Notes under the pieces: model-generated | Told to the model about the DNA's origin: nothing | Database searches by the model: none | The model's input: only the letters and a program-made list of their open reading frames with translations | Made by a program: the position numbers and the translations under genes | In this document: positions 62,197 through 64,000 of the stretch, in pieces | Position numbering within the stretch: the stretch's first letter is position 1 | How the letters are laid out: every line of letters starts with the position of its first letter | Source of the DNA: Eledone cirrhosa | Lineage: Eukaryota | Assembly (NCBI GenBank): GCA_964016885.1 | Contig: OZ024743.1 | Location: 17,670,001 to 17,734,000, forward strand | Reading direction: 5' to 3' | Length of the DNA: 64,000 nt

Positions 62197-62229
<33 letters not shown>
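62170..62229 (+). repeat. (ATT)n spacer, representative of ~14 such tracts delimiting array members
   Basis: Tracts start at 1435, 24611, 30651, 36558, 40898, 42181, 43017, 43494, 49530, 53624, 53863, 54397, 57601 and 62170, all ATT on +. Confidence 0.98.
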
Positions 62230-64000
62230 GGCGACCTACGTAGTAAATCGTATCATCGTGAGCTCCGCAAAGGTTTGTTATTTCCGTTTGTTAAAAATTG
62301 TCATTTATGGAAAATTTTATTGTTACCTGTTTATAAGCGCACATGCATTGTTTTCCGAAAAGGACACCCAAAAAGATTGGGGCCTTGTGCCCAAAATTTA
62401 AACTTTTATTATTATCAAAAACATTTCTTTGAAAAAAATGGCTAATTCAACTCTGCACCAAACAGCTGAAAGCCTTCCTCACAAATTAACACCTCACACC
62501 GACACCACCATTGTAAATGTTACTACGTTTGCCAACACAAAAAAAAATATAAGCAGTAGCAATATTTTAAATTTGTCTCAGGCAGACATTCATTTCCCGC
62601 CATTACCAATGACTGCAGGTGTTAAAGCCTCCACCACCACCACCACCGCCACAACCGCCACCCCCACCACCACCGCGACAACAGAAACAAAAGAAGAAAA
62701 AAATAAATTAACTTGTGATGTCGAAATGAAATCAAGCAAAATGGACTCTTCCCCACCAAAGACGACTGACGTCAACACCACCACAACTGAAACTAAAATT
62801 AATATTAACACAAATAACGATAGCAATAACAACAACAATGACATTATAAAACCGACCCTCAGTTTCGCCAGAGTAGCAACACAGTTCGAAGCATTTACGG
62901 TAACTCAGGAGGATTTAGAAAATGCCAAACAAATGGTAAAGAAAGATGGGTAGAGGGTCAGCCTCATCCCCCCCACCTAATAAAATGGAGCATCGGCGCC
63001 TATGCACCGTGTCGTATAGAACAATAAATGTAAAATCGCGCCGAGTGGAACGGGCATCCGAGCCCCAAATCCAAAAAGTTTTGCGACATGTGTGGGCAAG
63101 AAAAACCCACATCAGACGTGGGCAAAAGTATGGAACCGTGGATGTGTTCTTTGAAACGCCAGAGGAGGCTAGAGAACACTCCATGGCCCCATTAAGAATT
63201 GACGACTTCACACTCGTCCCAAGCTATTGTGGCCAAAGACTCGTAAAGATCAGGGTGACCCACGTTCCACCGGCCATCGAAATTCCCTGGCTAATAGCGG
63301 CCGTCCTCTCCGGCATCGAAGCCAACACGAAAATAATAGCAATAGCAAAAGAAAAGCAGGAGAACTGGTCCGGATCTGGGATGGAGCTCCTGATCCAAGC
63401 GGACCAAAAAAGCATTGAGGAGATCCCAGAGGTAATAGAACCTCACTGACGGCAGCCACCTCAAGGTAATTGTCGAGGGCAGAAGACCTAGGTGTGTCGT
63501 TTGTGGTGAAGGAACCCACCTAAGGGCTTTCTGCCCTCGGGCTAAAAGGTTGAGGCCACCTCTCCTACCCATCCCAGTGACACAACCATCAACACCACCA
63601 GTAGCAGAGATGGCAGCAACAACTGTAGCAGCAACAACAGAAGCAACTATAACAGCAACAACCCCAGCAACAGTAGCAAAACGAACACCACTACCACCAC
63701 CAGCAAAACCAACACCACCACCACCCAACGCTTCAGAACTGGCACCAGCGCCTACTCCATCCACCACACCACAACCAAAACTAACGGCTGTGGGGGATTT
63801 TCTACTCCCGGGCCTATCACAACTGGAGACAGATTGTGACGACGAGGAGTGGGAAACGATATCCGGAAAAAAAAAAGAAACCAAAAAAGAAAAAATTCTC
63901 TTCCTTCCCCTCCAAAAACAAAATACAGAGGGAAAAAATAAATTAAGAAACAAAAAAGTTAGGACAGATATGCCACCATCCACACCAGCATCACCAACCC
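62230..64000 (+). mobile_element. Tx1-clade LINE 5' part (same subfamily as 30684), ORF1 disrupted, continues beyond the window
   Basis: Near-identical to 30684-32450. Confidence 0.95.

Overview
Eukaryotic, AT-rich and microsatellite-dense DNA made almost entirely of mobile elements. The host is most likely a cephalopod such as Octopus, inferred from SINE-like motifs and not proven. No host gene is securely identifiable. (1) 1-4000 and ~20140-64000 form a nested array of about 17 non-LTR retrotransposon copies, almost all separated by (ATT)n tracts. Tx1/L1-clade elements (ORF1 with CCHC knuckle; ORF2 APE-RT-Zn finger) are always on +. Two families of R4/Dong-type RT plus restriction-like-endonuclease elements are always on -. 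Two Tx1 ORF2s (1139 aa) are intact, several different 5'UTR/ORF1 modules are paired with closely related ORF2s, and one Dong copy carries a clean twin-priming 5' inversion. (2) 4000-17100 holds five unrelated short elements, each with inverted/tandem repeats and a minimal type-I hammerhead ribozyme (Penelope-like or retrozyme-like), four of them chained through (TA)n tracts. It also holds a Helitron with intact A|TC...CTAG|T ends, a Pif1 helicase remnant and a 1.2 kb palindromic 5' region. (3) 17100-20140 is unexplained AT-rich single-copy DNA. Boundaries were read by eye and may be off by a few bases.
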